From Octopus sinensis (lineage: Eukaryota): a stretch of 44,571 bases of DNA. A program made the translations under genes and the position numbers. Of the stretch, positions 23,371-34,470 are shown in pieces; position 1 is the first letter of the stretch; the number at the start of each line of letters is the position of its first letter. Location of the stretch: assembly GCF_006345805.1 (NCBI RefSeq), contig NW_021834866.1:1-44571 (forward strand). The letters run 5' to 3'. A model generated the notes under the pieces. It was given only the letters and a program-made list of their open reading frames with translations, did no database searches and had not been told where the DNA came from.

Positions 23371-24209
23371 GTAAAAATGTATGTAAAAATATTTACATTG
23401 CTGCATGCACACACACACACACACATACAATATGTAAGCATTTATATGAATCATATAACACAATCTTATATCTACTGGGGTCCATTTTCCCAAAATACAA
23501 TATCTCTTTATGTATTATATTATTTTAATAATACTTATTCCAAAATGCCATTTTGAATTTTCCCAAGATTGATACAAGATGTTATTAAAAACAATTATCC
23601 ATTGGCGATAATATTTTTTCCTGTATTCCCTTCTGATCTCATAATATTACATCTCATAATAATGTCTGAGTAATCGCATAATCTGGAGTTCACATGATGC
23701 CGGTAAACTGTTTTTATCACAAACAGATGTTGTGCAGTACCTTTTGTTTGTACTTTTAAATGATGGAATGTGATTACATTTAAATAATCAACTGCAGCAC
23801 TTATATATGTAAATTCTTTATCTTAAGTTCAGTCTATGCATTTAAATACAATATTTCATTGGAGACACTCATTCCCTAGAGGATATACAGTTTTATTCTT
23901 ACAATTGCATTTTTTTCTTATAAAATAATTAGTCATCATTAGTGCTAGTCATGTTACTACCAACAGTATTATTAGTGCAATAATTATTATTTTTGTTGCT
24001 TTTATTATTGCTATAATCATTATTATCAATATTATTATTATAATTGTTATTATTACTATCGTTGTTATTGTTGTTAATATTACCATTATACAAGCTAATA
24101 TAACCATTCCCCATAATGCTATTGTTATGATTGTCTATGGGATTTACATTACAACCAGACATATTGTTGATATTATTATCAATTTGGTTAAGTTTCCTAT
24201 TATTAAATT

Positions 24210-24560
24210 TAAGAATAAATTATTCCAATTTATGTGAGATGCATAGAATTGCTTCAGTATATGTCTGAAAAGTATGTGGCGTCTATTTGATGTTTCCTAT
24301 TCCACCTACTCTATGCTTTTGAGTTGTTGCAATTTTCTTCTATATTATTATTAGGCATATTTTCATGTTCAAATTTTTCGGAAAAAATTCTTACAAGTTA
24401 AGAGGATACTTGGGGTCCAAACTCAGGGTTGTACCACAATATGTTCCTCTCATTCCACTTCTTATTAGGGTGATTATTATAGCCATTACAATTTATACAT
24501 TCACATCCTGAAGAGATTCTGATAGATTCACTATTAAATTTTTTGCTTTTCCTTATTAGA
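24210..24560 (-). mobile_element. Highly degenerate Penelope-like retroelement fragment
   Basis: Minus strand translates ...NKKWNERNILWYNPEFG...NMPNNNIEENCNN, resembling the conserved RNIIWFNPP...SCMPN region of Penelope-like elements. Contains stops. Confidence 0.45.
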
Positions 24561-24649
24561 CTATTTTCCTTAGTCATTGCACGGTGATTGCTTTAAGTTT
24601 TAAGCTTTTACAGGATCATAAATTTTTACAGAATATTTATATTCTGTTG

Positions 24650-25400
24650 GCATTAGAAATGGTTGGCATTAGAAAGGGCATTCAACTGTAGATACCATGC
24701 CAAACAAACAATGGATCCCAGCCTTACCAGACCCTGTCAAAATGTCCAACCCATACCAGCAGTGAAAAGTGACATTAGATGATAATGATGATACTACTAG
24801 TATGGGGGCATGTGCCATAATAGCATATCCCTGCATCCACCATTTGATCAGGGTTCCGTTACGTTTTGACTTCAAATTCCACTGAGTCGACTTTGCCTTT
24901 CATCCTTTCAGGGTCAACAGATTAAGTACTAGTTATGCACTGGGGGGGTCGATGGAATTGACTTAATCCCTTTGTTTGTCCTTGTTTGTCCCCTCTATGT
25001 TTAGCCCCTTGTGGACAATAAAAAACTAATAAATACCCTTATATAGAATGTAAGATAGCCATGTATTTCTTCTATGGCAAGACAACTGTTCTGTCCCTCT
25101 ATCATACTTCAGAGTCTCAACATCCTGCATGCATCCCTCTCAGATGCTCCCCTCTCTTGGTCAAGGTGTGTATGTGTAGGTGTGTGTGTGAGATTTGGGT
25201 CTGTGCCCCACCACAGCTTTACAACCAGTGTGTTGGTATGTTTACGTCCCTATAACTTAGCAGTTCGGCAAAAGAGACTGATAAAATAAGTCCTGGGCTT
25301 CAAAAAATAAGAGTATTGGGGTCGATTCAACCAATGTCAAACACCTCAAGGCAGTGCTCCAGAATGGCCGCAGCCTGATGATTGAAAGGAGTAAAAAAGG
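24650..25400 (+). mobile_element. Cluster of SINE fragments: family D (24650-24790), family B (24860-25022), family A 3' half (25175-25400)
   Basis: Matches to other copies in the window. Confidence 0.75.
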
Positions 25401-25451
25401 GAAGGAAAAAGAATAAAAGGAACAAAACATAAAAAACAAAAAACTTCTAAC

Positions 25452-25868
25452 CTTCGATAGCTGCGTGACCTTGAACATGACCTTGACCGTGACCTTGATG
25501 GTGACCTCGTCTTTCTGGACCTGGCACGAGAAAACGATCTGGAGCGACTACGGCTGCGCGACCGCTGTTGCCGACGCCGTGGTGACTTGCTGCCAGACTT
25601 GGACTGACTCGAGCGGTAGGTGCGCGACGACGTCTTGTGAGCAACGGGTGACGGACTTCGTGAGCTGTCTGACGAATATCTGGGCTTTGTGTACTTGTGC
25701 TGGGTAGGTGAGCCACCCTTCTTCGCTCGCTCGGTCGACGAATATGACAGTGAACGGCTTCGATTGCGACCACTTTTTGGACAGGGACTAGAACTTGATT
25801 TGCCATTCTGTTTCGGAGAAGTTGCCGCTGAACTGATGCTTGCCAGCAGACCATTTGGTTTACAGCTC
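25452..25868 (-). CDS. Srrm234: 417-nt serine/arginine-rich coding exon (SCKPNGLLASISS...RSRSRSCSRSRSYR)
   Basis: Acceptor tttttcaattctttatctgcttccag|G and donor AAG|gttaga, phase 2-2. Open RS-dipeptide-rich frame with higher GC and CpG than the flanks. Joins in frame to the 11311 exon (AG+G = Arg). Confidence 0.9.
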
Positions 25869-25904
25869 CTGGAAGCAGATAAAGAATTGAAAAATGCCAT
25901 GATA

Positions 25905-26337
25905 TTAACTCTTTCACTTTCAGATTACTCTGTCAAATGTAAGAATTATTTATTCACATTGTTTTGAATTAATCATGGATTATCTCATAGCTTTGAGATT
26001 TAAATGATGTGATTGTTTGGTTTAAGAATTACATTGTAGAATAGCAGTGAGAAGCTCGACCTGGTGGTCTGAACATAAAACAGAATATTTAAACCATATA
26101 TGGCTGGTTTAACCTGGTAGTGCTCAAATAACTCTATCAAACATAACGCTTATTTATTCACATAGTTTTGAATTAATCATGAATTATGTTGTAGCATTGA
26201 GATTTTGATGGTAGGGTTGTTTATTTTTAAAATGATGATGTAGAGTAGGTGTGGGAAGCTGTATATGACCAGTTTGAACATAAAATAGGTAGAACATTTT
26301 GGCTAGGTATGGCTGGTTTCAATGTTAAAATGTTAAA
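25905..26337 (+). mobile_element. Two tandem copies of a TTAA-bounded MITE
   Basis: ttatttattcaca..gttttgaattaatcatg occurs in both copies (about 25945 and 26150). TTAA at 25905-25908. A third copy lies inverted at 19124. Confidence 0.7.
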
Positions 26338-26550
26338 ACAAGCTCGCTTGCTATGCTGCACTGGGGAAAAAATCCACGAAATTGTTTATGTTATAAGAAT
26401 TCATAAACTTTCAGAGAACACAAAAAATTTCATTTTCATTGGTGTAGCTCAAATTAGATGGGGCTATAAACAATAACATGAAGAATATTGGGTTTAAAAA
26501 AAGGATTTGGATGAAAAAAGTCAAAAGCAGTCTTCAACATATTTTGTTTT

Positions 26551-26687
26551 TTAACCTTTAGCCTGCTTAGGTAAATGATGTTGCCATATGAGTTTTGTTC
26601 CTTGTAGCTGTAAGTAGATTGTATCACACTGAGAAGGGAGAAAACTCATATAGTGACACGGTCAGCCTTCAGTGTGCTAAAGGTTAG
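26551..26687. mobile_element. Short palindromic MITE with 11-bp terminal inverted repeats
   Basis: taacctttagc (26552-26562) and gctaaaggtta (26676-26686) are exact reverse complements, with TTAA at the left end. Internal arms 26579-26603 and 26634-26658 also pair. Confidence 0.55.
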
Positions 26688-26954
26688 CATGTGGATATTG
26701 GGTTTATTAATGCATTATTTACAGGTTATTATTTATGATAACAACAGAATTTGTTGAGACAGATATTATACAGTTGGACACCTTTCCTGTCCCAAACCCT
26801 CGTCTGTTTTCAAGCAAGGAAATATTTCCTGCTATCTAGATGTGCTTTTCATGAAAGATTGGTAATAAACTAACTTGATATTCATTTACAACCATCACAT
26901 TTACAAGGGTATTCTCAAGTGTAAATACATATATATATATATTTTTTTTTATTT

Positions 26955-27260
26955 ATGCGCCCTTTTCAAGCCAAGCCAGGCTCATGGGCCCAGTTTCCCA
27001 GTTTCTGTGGCGTATGTGCTCCCCCCAGCTGGTCAGGACACCAGTCCATCACAGCGTTACTCAAGAAACAGGAAAAAAGAGTGAGAGAAAGTTGGGGCGC
27101 AAGAGTACAACAGGGATCGTCACCACCCCCTGCCGGAGCCTCATGGAGCTTTAGGTGTTTTCACTCAATAAACACACACAACGCCTGGTCTGGGAATCAA
27201 AAGTGTGATGCCCCGACCACGAGTCCGCTGCCCTACCCACTGGACCATTGCGCCTTCACA
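26955..27260 (-). mobile_element. tRNA-derived SINE family C variant
   Basis: Reverse complement head gtgaaggcgcaatggtccagtgg...; body shared with 2215-2422. Confidence 0.8.
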
Positions 27261-27537
27261 TATATATACATATCTATCTATCTATATATCTATCTATCTA
27301 TATATATATAGTTAATCCAAACAAGAAAGCACAAAAAAACACAACAACGCGAGGACGTGGAACAAATATAGTATTATTGGACGCTCAGGAAAGAAGGAAA
27401 GAAGGAGGGTTTAACGTTTCGAGCGGAGCTCTTCATCGGAAACATAGGAGAAGGAAAGATCCAGAGAAGGGAAGACAAAGGAAAAAACAATCGCCAACGG
27501 TACACACGAGGTCATATATATACATATATATATATAT

Positions 27538-28380
27538 AATCATCAGTTAACATCCGTTTTCCATGCTGGCATGGGTTGGATGGTTTGACTAGAGCTGGCA
27601 AGCAGGAGAGCTGCAGTAGGTTCCGGTCTGATTTGGTTTGACCCCTAAGGTTGGATGCTTTTCATGTTGCACCAGCACAGGGTACTTGCAGGTTCATCCT
27701 CTTCAGCAGGGGGGAGTGGCACTAATACTTCTGCTGTGGAGAACAATCTTCTTTCAGTTTGTGCCAACCAGATTCACTCACAAGGCTTTGATTGGCCTGG
27801 GGTCATAGGAGAAGACACTTGCTCAAGGTGGTGTGTGGTGAAACTGAATCCCAGACCACATGGTTGGAAAGCAAGCTTCTCGACCACACAGTCACGCCTT
27901 TGACTTACATATACAATTGTACTGTGAGATATATGGCTGCTATTTCTAGCATGCTGAGTGACCATGTGGAAGCCTTCTTTATTACTCTTACTTTCTCTTT
28001 TACTCTTTTACTTGTTTCAGTCATTTGACTGTGGCCATGCTGGGGCACCGCCTTTAGTCAAGCAAATCGACCCCAGGACTTATTCTTTGTAAGCCTAGTA
28101 CTTATTCTATCAGTCTCTTTTGCTGAACCGCTAAGTTACGGGGATGTAAACACACCAGCATCGGTTGTCAAGCAATGCTAGGAGGACAAACACAGACACA
28201 CAAACACACATATATACGATAGGCTTCTTTCAGTTTCCGTCTACCAAATCCACTCACAAGGCTTTGGTCAGCCTGAGGCTATAGTAGAAGACACTTGCCT
28301 AAGGTGCCACGCAGTGGGACTTATCCCAGAACCATGTGGTTGGTAAGCAAGCTACTTACCATACAGCCACTCCTGCATCT
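27538..28380 (-). mobile_element. SINE cluster: family D 3' end (27538-27730), family A 5' half (27745-27900), full family A (27985-28380)
   Basis: Matches to other copies in the window. Confidence 0.8.
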
Positions 28381-29009
28381 ATAAGGGTGTACTGAAGGCT
28401 TTTACACAGCACCAGCATGGGGGATTTTATGTGGCCCCAATGCAGATGCTTTTCACATAGCACCAGCCCCAACACGCCTGCAAGATTAGGAATGTTCTTC
28501 TGGGGAGGAATGCAGGGAACATGGGTGCATGCAAGGACAGCCACAATTTTATTTAGATTGGTGTGTCTCCTCAAGCACAGCAAACCACCAGGAGTCTCAA
28601 TTTATTGCCCATAAATTTTAACATCAAAATCATGTATAGACTCTGAAGGGCCATAAAGACACTGGATTAGATGAAAAGAAATCCAATTTCAAATCTCAGT
28701 GAACATGCACAGCACTGAAATTGACTTAGGGAATGAAACCCCAACCAAAGAAACAACCCTATCCCCTTCTGATCTTGAAGGCTGGTTATTAGGACAAAGA
28801 CCTGAGCTTGAAAAGAAATTCTGATTACAAGAATTTCAGACACTCAGAAGAACCCACAACACCTGGGAGACCCAATGATACCTGACCTGACCTGGAAAGA
28901 GAAGGAAGCATGAAGATGCGCTCGAGTGAAGTCAAGGGGCAACTCAAGGTTCAGTCACACTCCACTTGTCAATCTAAAGATATGGCAGTGATGACATGGG
29001 CTCCGTGAC

Positions 29010-29830
29010 AGAAAGAAAGAAAGAAGGAAGGAAGGAAGAAAGGAGGGAAATATAGAAGATCCAAGAACTGGAGAAGTGATGCGAAACAGAGGCAGGCTGG
29101 TGTGAATGAGAGAGAGAAAGATTTTGTGGGTGGAAGGAGCCTTATGTGCCAGAGGAGGAGGAGGAGGAGAAAGAGAGGAAGAAGAAGAAGAAATGGAAGA
29201 GATGAAGTGGAAGAAGAAATGGAAGAAAGAGGAGGAGGAAAAGAAGAAATGGAGGAGGAATGGAAGGAGTAAGAGGAGGAAAAGGAAAAGAGAAATGAAG
29301 GAAGGAGGAGGAGGAAGAGAATAAGAACGAAAAGAAGAGGAGGGGAAAAGAGGAGGAGAATAAGAAGAAACGGAAGAAGAAATTGAGGGAGAAGAAGAAA
29401 AAGTAATGGAAGAAGAAATTGAAGGAGAAGAAGAAAGAGAAATGAGAAGAAATTGAAGGAGAAGAAGAAGAAATGGAAGAAGAAATTGAAGGAGAAGAAG
29501 AAAGAGAAATGGAAGAAAGAGGAGGAGGAAAAGAAGAAATGGAGGAGGAATGGAAGGAGTAGAGGAGGAAAAGAAGAAATGGAAGGAAGAGGAGGAGGAA
29601 TAGAATAAGGAAACGAAAGAAAGAGGAGGAGGAAGAGGAGGAGAATAAGAAGAAACGGAAGAAGAAATTGAGGGAGAAGAAGAAAAAGTAATGGAAGAAG
29701 AAATTGAAGGAGAAGAAGAAAGAGAAATGGAAGAAGAAATTGAAGGAGAAGAAGAAAGAGAAATGGAAGAAGAAATTGAAGGAGAAGAAGAAAGAGAAAT
29801 GGAAGAAAGAGAAGGAGGAGGAGAAGACAA
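29010..29830. repeat. Purine-rich (GAA/GGA) low-complexity repeat with internal block duplications
   Basis: gaagaagaaattgaaggagaagaagaaagagaaatg repeats. A longer block starting aataagaagaaacggaag occurs near 29358 and 29644. Confidence 0.9.
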
Positions 29831-29879
29831 CAATGATGACACAGTGTAAACTGGTTGGCAAATGAACTGAGAAAGTGTT

Positions 29880-30165
29880 GAGTTGTGAAGTTCTTTTGGT
29901 TCTGCCTGACTAAGGACTACGCAACCTCTTTCGAGCTTGTGCCACAGAAAATGCACATTGGCGACATCTGCTGGAAAGATCCTGGTGATGAGTGTATGAT
30001 AGCTATGACTTGGGCCCCTGAAGGAAGGAGGAAGTGCAGACGAGCCAAGAAGAGCTGGAGAAGAACTGTTGAAAACCAGAGAGGAAAGCTGATAGGGAAT
30101 ATGGATCAGGTGCTGATCACAACCATCAAAAGGGCCAGATGGAGAAAGAGGGAGAGAGAGTAGGA
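29880..30165 (+). mobile_element. Degenerate RTE-clade LINE C-terminal fragment
   Basis: Translates MTWAPEGRRKCRRAKKSWRRTVE, similar to the W.PEGKRKRGRPK.TWRRTVE motif at the end of RTE ORFs. Confidence 0.65.
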
Positions 30166-30279
30166 GATGTATGTACCATCAGATCATCATCATCATTTAA
30201 TGTCAGTTTTCCATGCTAGCATGGGTTGGACAGTTTGACAGAGGACTGGTTACCATGGTTCCAAGAAAGTGCAATGATA

Positions 30280-30556
30280 GCTTGAGAGGCGGTTGGATGG
30301 AACCTACACTCGCCTCCTTATGAGAGCTCAAAATCTCTCGTGGAAGCATCATCCAACCAGGTAGGAGAGTCCAGTTTGCTGGACATTGTTGTAGAGCTAA
30401 AAAAGAGGTAATTTCTACTCTTCTCCCAGATGTAATCTCCAGGGATACAGGCATCCAGCAACAGGACCTCCATAATGCCATGATGGACCGTGAAGTCTGG
30501 CGTAGCAGGGTAAATTCCATTGTCTCGACCACGGTCGAACAATGATGATGATGATG
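30280..30556 (+). mobile_element. RTE-clade LINE 3' end with (TGA)n tail, internally deleted
   Basis: Translates LERRLDGTYTRLLMRAQNLSWKHHPT and PDVISRDTGIQQQDLHNAMMDREVWRSRVNSIVSTTVEQ-stop, followed by tgatgatgatg. Confidence 0.75.
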
Positions 30557-31380
30557 TGACATCAAACATGAGTTGTTCTGGAAATACGATAGCTGGGTAG
30601 AGTCTAAATACAACATGTCAAAAATGGTATAGATAAATGGAATCTTCCATGAACAGTCTACTGTTAGAAGTGATTCAATAGAGCCTCCAAAATGAAGAGA
30701 CAGAGAGAGAGAGACCAGGTAATAATCCATTTTTTGCCTGTTAGATTTCCTTTCCCAAAATGAACATCTCCATAAGAATCTGTTACACACTCTCTATGTC
30801 ACTCATTCTTTTCTCTCTCCTCTCTCTCTCTCCTTTCCTCGCTTTTCCTCCCTCTCTGTTCTCTTTCTCTCTCTCTTCTCCCCTCTCTTTCTCTCTCCCT
30901 CTGACAGCTATTGAGCTACATTGGCAACTCCCCTTCTGAGCAGCAAGAGCGCCAAATGCTATTTGAGTTAGACTGTGTGATTTTTTTGCTCAGAGTTTAC
31001 ATTGTGTGTGTGTGTGTTGTGTGTCTGTGGTAAAGTATTGAAAATAAACCATCAAACTAAATTAATTAGTAAAAAAGAAATATACAAAAGAATATTTAAT
31101 ATCTTATATAGAAAAGCAAAATAATAACATTACTCACAAACATATATACTGTATATAGCTTATATATTAATACATGCACATTATATAGCTATATGTGCAT
31201 TTACACATATACACAGAAATATATACATAGTTTTATATATGTATGTATGTATACACACATATATATACAGATATATACATATATATGCACATATATACAT
31301 ATATCATATATATGCATATATATACATATATGTATGTGTATATATATGCACATATATATATACATATATCATATATATGC

Positions 31381-31411
<31 letters not shown>

Positions 31412-31641
31412 CATACACACATATGAATAAATATATATTCATGCATATATATATAATATACACACACATGTATATTATATATATATATGTGTATATATAT
31501 ATATGCACACGCATATATATATCGAATTATTTTTCCCCCATCTTCATTCACATTTTCCCCTGTGCCTCCAATTCGCCCCCACCCCCGCCTTCAGTTTCTC
31601 CTCCACAGTCACATTACTTTCTGTTTCGCATCACACACACA

Positions 31642-31681
<40 letters not shown>

Positions 31682-32599
31682 TGGTGCAGTCTTCTGGCAC
31701 CTCTCTTTGGTAATTATAATATTCCTGCAATAGTCATAGACGTTTCTTGGCACTATTGCATTACAGCCTTACCAAAGAGCCGAAAAAGATTTTCTCATTA
31801 ACGAGACGTGTGAATAAAATCTTAATTAATTATTCTGTTAGTCGCCTTCCTTTCCTTTGCTTGGTCTCTCGTTATTTTATTTTACTTCTTTATTATTTTA
31901 TTTCTATTTTTTTTTATTCTTGTTTCATATGTAGATTACTATTATTATGAATAATAATAAAATAATAATAATAATAATAATAATAACAAACAATAATAAT
32001 AATGATATATTTTGCAAATTATTCTGCATATGCGTGAATATTTTGTGGGAGACAGGGGTGGGGGTGAGTTTGATGATTTTTTTCATTTTTTTTTTTCTTT
32101 TCTTTTTGTTTTGGCTTTTGTAGTTTTATTTATTTTCATTTTTCTCTCTGGGAACCAATATTTTTCGTAAAATTTTTTTATCTTTCATTTTTTTAAATTT
32201 ATTTATTTTTATTTTTATTTTTATTCTATCCTTCCAAAAAAACTGCTACCCCAACACCCGACTGATTTCTGGCTGTTTTTGCTGGCTTTTTATTTCTCCC
32301 ATATTGAGATGAACTACACACATGCACATATGCATTAATGCACGTCATTCCAACATATATATTCATACACAGGGAAGCACACACAAAAATAACAACAAAA
32401 ACATCAAAAACAAATAACCAAAACATAAAATAAAAAGACAAAGTCTTCATAAGCAAAAAATATAGATTATGATGATAATAATAATAATAATAATGATATT
32501 AATGATGATAATAATTATAATAATGATAATAATAATAGTGATAATAATAATAATAATAATAATAATAATATTAGTGATAATAATTATGATAATAATAAT

Positions 32600-32765
32600 A
32601 ATCATCATCATCATCATCGTTTAACGTCCGCTTTCCATGCTAGTATGGGTTGGACGATTTGACTGAGGTCTGGCGAACTTGATGGCTGCACCAGGCTCCA
32701 ATCTTGATCTGGCAGTTTCTACAGCTGGATGCCCTTCCTAAACCAACCACTCCGAGAGTGTAGTA
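32600..32765 (-). mobile_element. SINE family D 3' end
   Basis: catcatcgtttaacgtccgctttccatgctag...ccactccgagagtgtag. Confidence 0.85.
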
Positions 32766-32792
32766 AATAATAATAATAATATAATAATAGTG

Positions 32793-32829
<37 letters not shown>

Positions 32830-32842
32830 TAATAATAATAAG

Positions 32843-33117
32843 AAGAATGATCCCTGGCTTACCATCCCTGCAAGAAGTGCAAAAGATTGTCTTAACTGGT
32901 ACATCACATGTATTGAGAAGAGCATTGTCGATGTGAGAACTATTACTACCCATGTATTTTAATTTAACTTTATTTCTATCAAAAAAAAAAAAAATGAACG
33001 AACTAGTGAGTTTAGTTTAATGGCCTACCAATGCATACAATGAGTTTCTTTGCCCTAGGAGTAGGGAAGACACTTGGCAAGAAATGGAAGCAAATTTGAA
33101 AGAAGAAGAAAAACCCA
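32843..33117 (+). mobile_element. 5'-truncated 3' end of an RLE-type (Dong/R4-like) non-LTR retrotransposon
   Basis: 32847-32936 translates MIPGLPSLQEVQKIVLTGTSHVLRRALSM-stop, a typical R4-clade C-terminus. Flanked by (AAT)n on both sides. Confidence 0.65.
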
Positions 33118-33236
33118 TAAATAATGATAATAATAGTGATGATAATAATAATAATAATAACAATAATAATAATAGTGATAATGATAATAATAATAATAAT
33201 AGTGATAATAATATTAATAATAACAATAATAATAAT

Positions 33237-34470
33237 AAGCCTCTGTATGGACAATATATTCTTCCAAGTCAAAATGCTGATGTAGTCAAAGCAACGCCCC
33301 ATGAGTGGCTGTGGAGTTCAGGATTGAAAGCAGAGATTGAAGGCTTCATACTAGCAGCACAAGATCAAAGCTTGCTCACCAGAAATTACCAGGCTAACAT
33401 TCTTCAAGACAGTGCTGACCCTAAATACAGATTCTGTGACCCGTTTCTCAAACAATCCATCTCATTTTGAGATGTCCCGTGCTGACACTAAGCGAACGCA
33501 GAAGTTACCACAGCAGGGCAAGACTATATCCACATTAGAAAATATGGAAGCAGTACAGTTTCGGTACTACAGCTAAATGAAATGGTATGAACCTCATCTT
33601 CAGCCAGTTGTTGAGGGTAAAAATGTTACCATCCTCAGGGATTTTCCAGCAAACACTAACAGAATGATCCCTGCTAACCAACCAGACATAATAATGAAAG
33701 ACAGGGAAGAAAATACTGGTGGACTGGTAGGTGTTTCCATTGACCTCGGTGGAATTTGAACTCAGAATGTAAAGGCAGACGAAATACTGCTAAGCATTTT
33801 GCCCGGCACCCTAACATTTCTGCCAGCTCACCATTGGTCTAAAAGTTTCTGTTGTCCCTTTTTTTTTTAATCATACCTAGGGTACCTACAAATGTGAAGG
33901 AATTTGGCAAACTTGGTAAATATAAGGACCATGAAATTGAAATACAAGAGATGTGGCAGCTTAAAGTTGATCCTGATACTGTAGGTGCTCTAGGTACGAT
34001 TAAAAAAAAAAGGGACGACAGAGACTTTTAGACCAACAGCAAGCTGGCAGAAATGTTAGGGCGCCGGGCGAAATGCTTAGCAATATTTCATCTGCCTTTA
34101 CATTCTGAGTTCAAATTCCGACGAGGTCAACTTTGCCTTTCATCCTTTCGAGGTCGATTAAATAAGTACCTATTTCTTTACTACCCACAAGGGGCTACAC
34201 ACAGAGAGGACAAACAATGACAGACAAACAGATTAAGTCGATTATGTCAACCCCAGTGCGTAACTGGTACTTATTTAATCGACCCCGAAAAGATGAAAGG
34301 CAAAATAAGTACCAGTTACGCACTGGGGTCGATATAATCGACTTAATCCATTTGTCTGTCCTTGTTTGTCCCCTCTGTGTGTAGCCCCTAGTTGGGCAGT
34401 AAAGAAATAAGAAACATTTAGACCAATATGTCAGAAGAATCAAGCCTGAAGAAAATCCAAAAGATTCAGC
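33237..34470 (+). mobile_element. Degenerate Dong/R4-like RLE retrotransposon fragment interrupted by SINE B insertions
   Basis: Segments KPLYGQY...EWLWSSGLKAEIEGFILAAQDQSLLTRNYQANI...KYRFC, WYEPHLQPVVEGKNVTILRDF...ANQPDIIMKD (PD-type endonuclease motif) and KLGKYKDHEIEIQEMWQLK...VGALGTIKK, with frameshifts. Confidence 0.8.
34039..34410 (+). mobile_element. SINE family B copy carrying an internal inverted family B segment (34171-34301)
   Basis: aaataagtacc is duplicated at 34160-34170 and 34302-34312 around the inverted segment. tttagaccaa flanks the whole element (34027-34036 and 34417-34426). Confidence 0.85.

Noticed and set aside
20250-23700. Further degenerate coding-like segments (20250-20460, 21780-22000, 23460-23700) as Penelope pieces
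   Set aside because: Translations contain many stops and no motif I can identify with confidence.
11165-25868. Alternative identity as PPIG/NKTR or another RS protein
   Set aside because: The RS tract is non-specific, but SPSHLxxRRIT ending at an exon boundary is, to my knowledge, characteristic of the SRRM3/4 eMIC.
25346-25917. Track ORFs 25346-25900 and 25447-25917 as single-exon genes
   Set aside because: Their ends lie in the pyrimidine tract, a MITE and a SINE. The spliced exon 25452-25868 explains the coding signal. I saw no poly(A) signal supporting read-through at 25451.
28955-29956. 333-aa serine-rich minus-strand ORF as an Srrm234 exon
   Set aside because: It is the translation of a GAA/GGA simple repeat, with Phe/Leu runs and almost no RS dipeptides. 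Overlapping frames are also open and I found no convincing phase-2 splice pair.
32226-32456. 76-aa minus ORF containing SSSQYGRNKKPAKTARNQS as a missing small exon
   Set aside because: The only nearby donor-like GT is weak, and the frame needed for a phase-2 join contains a stop.
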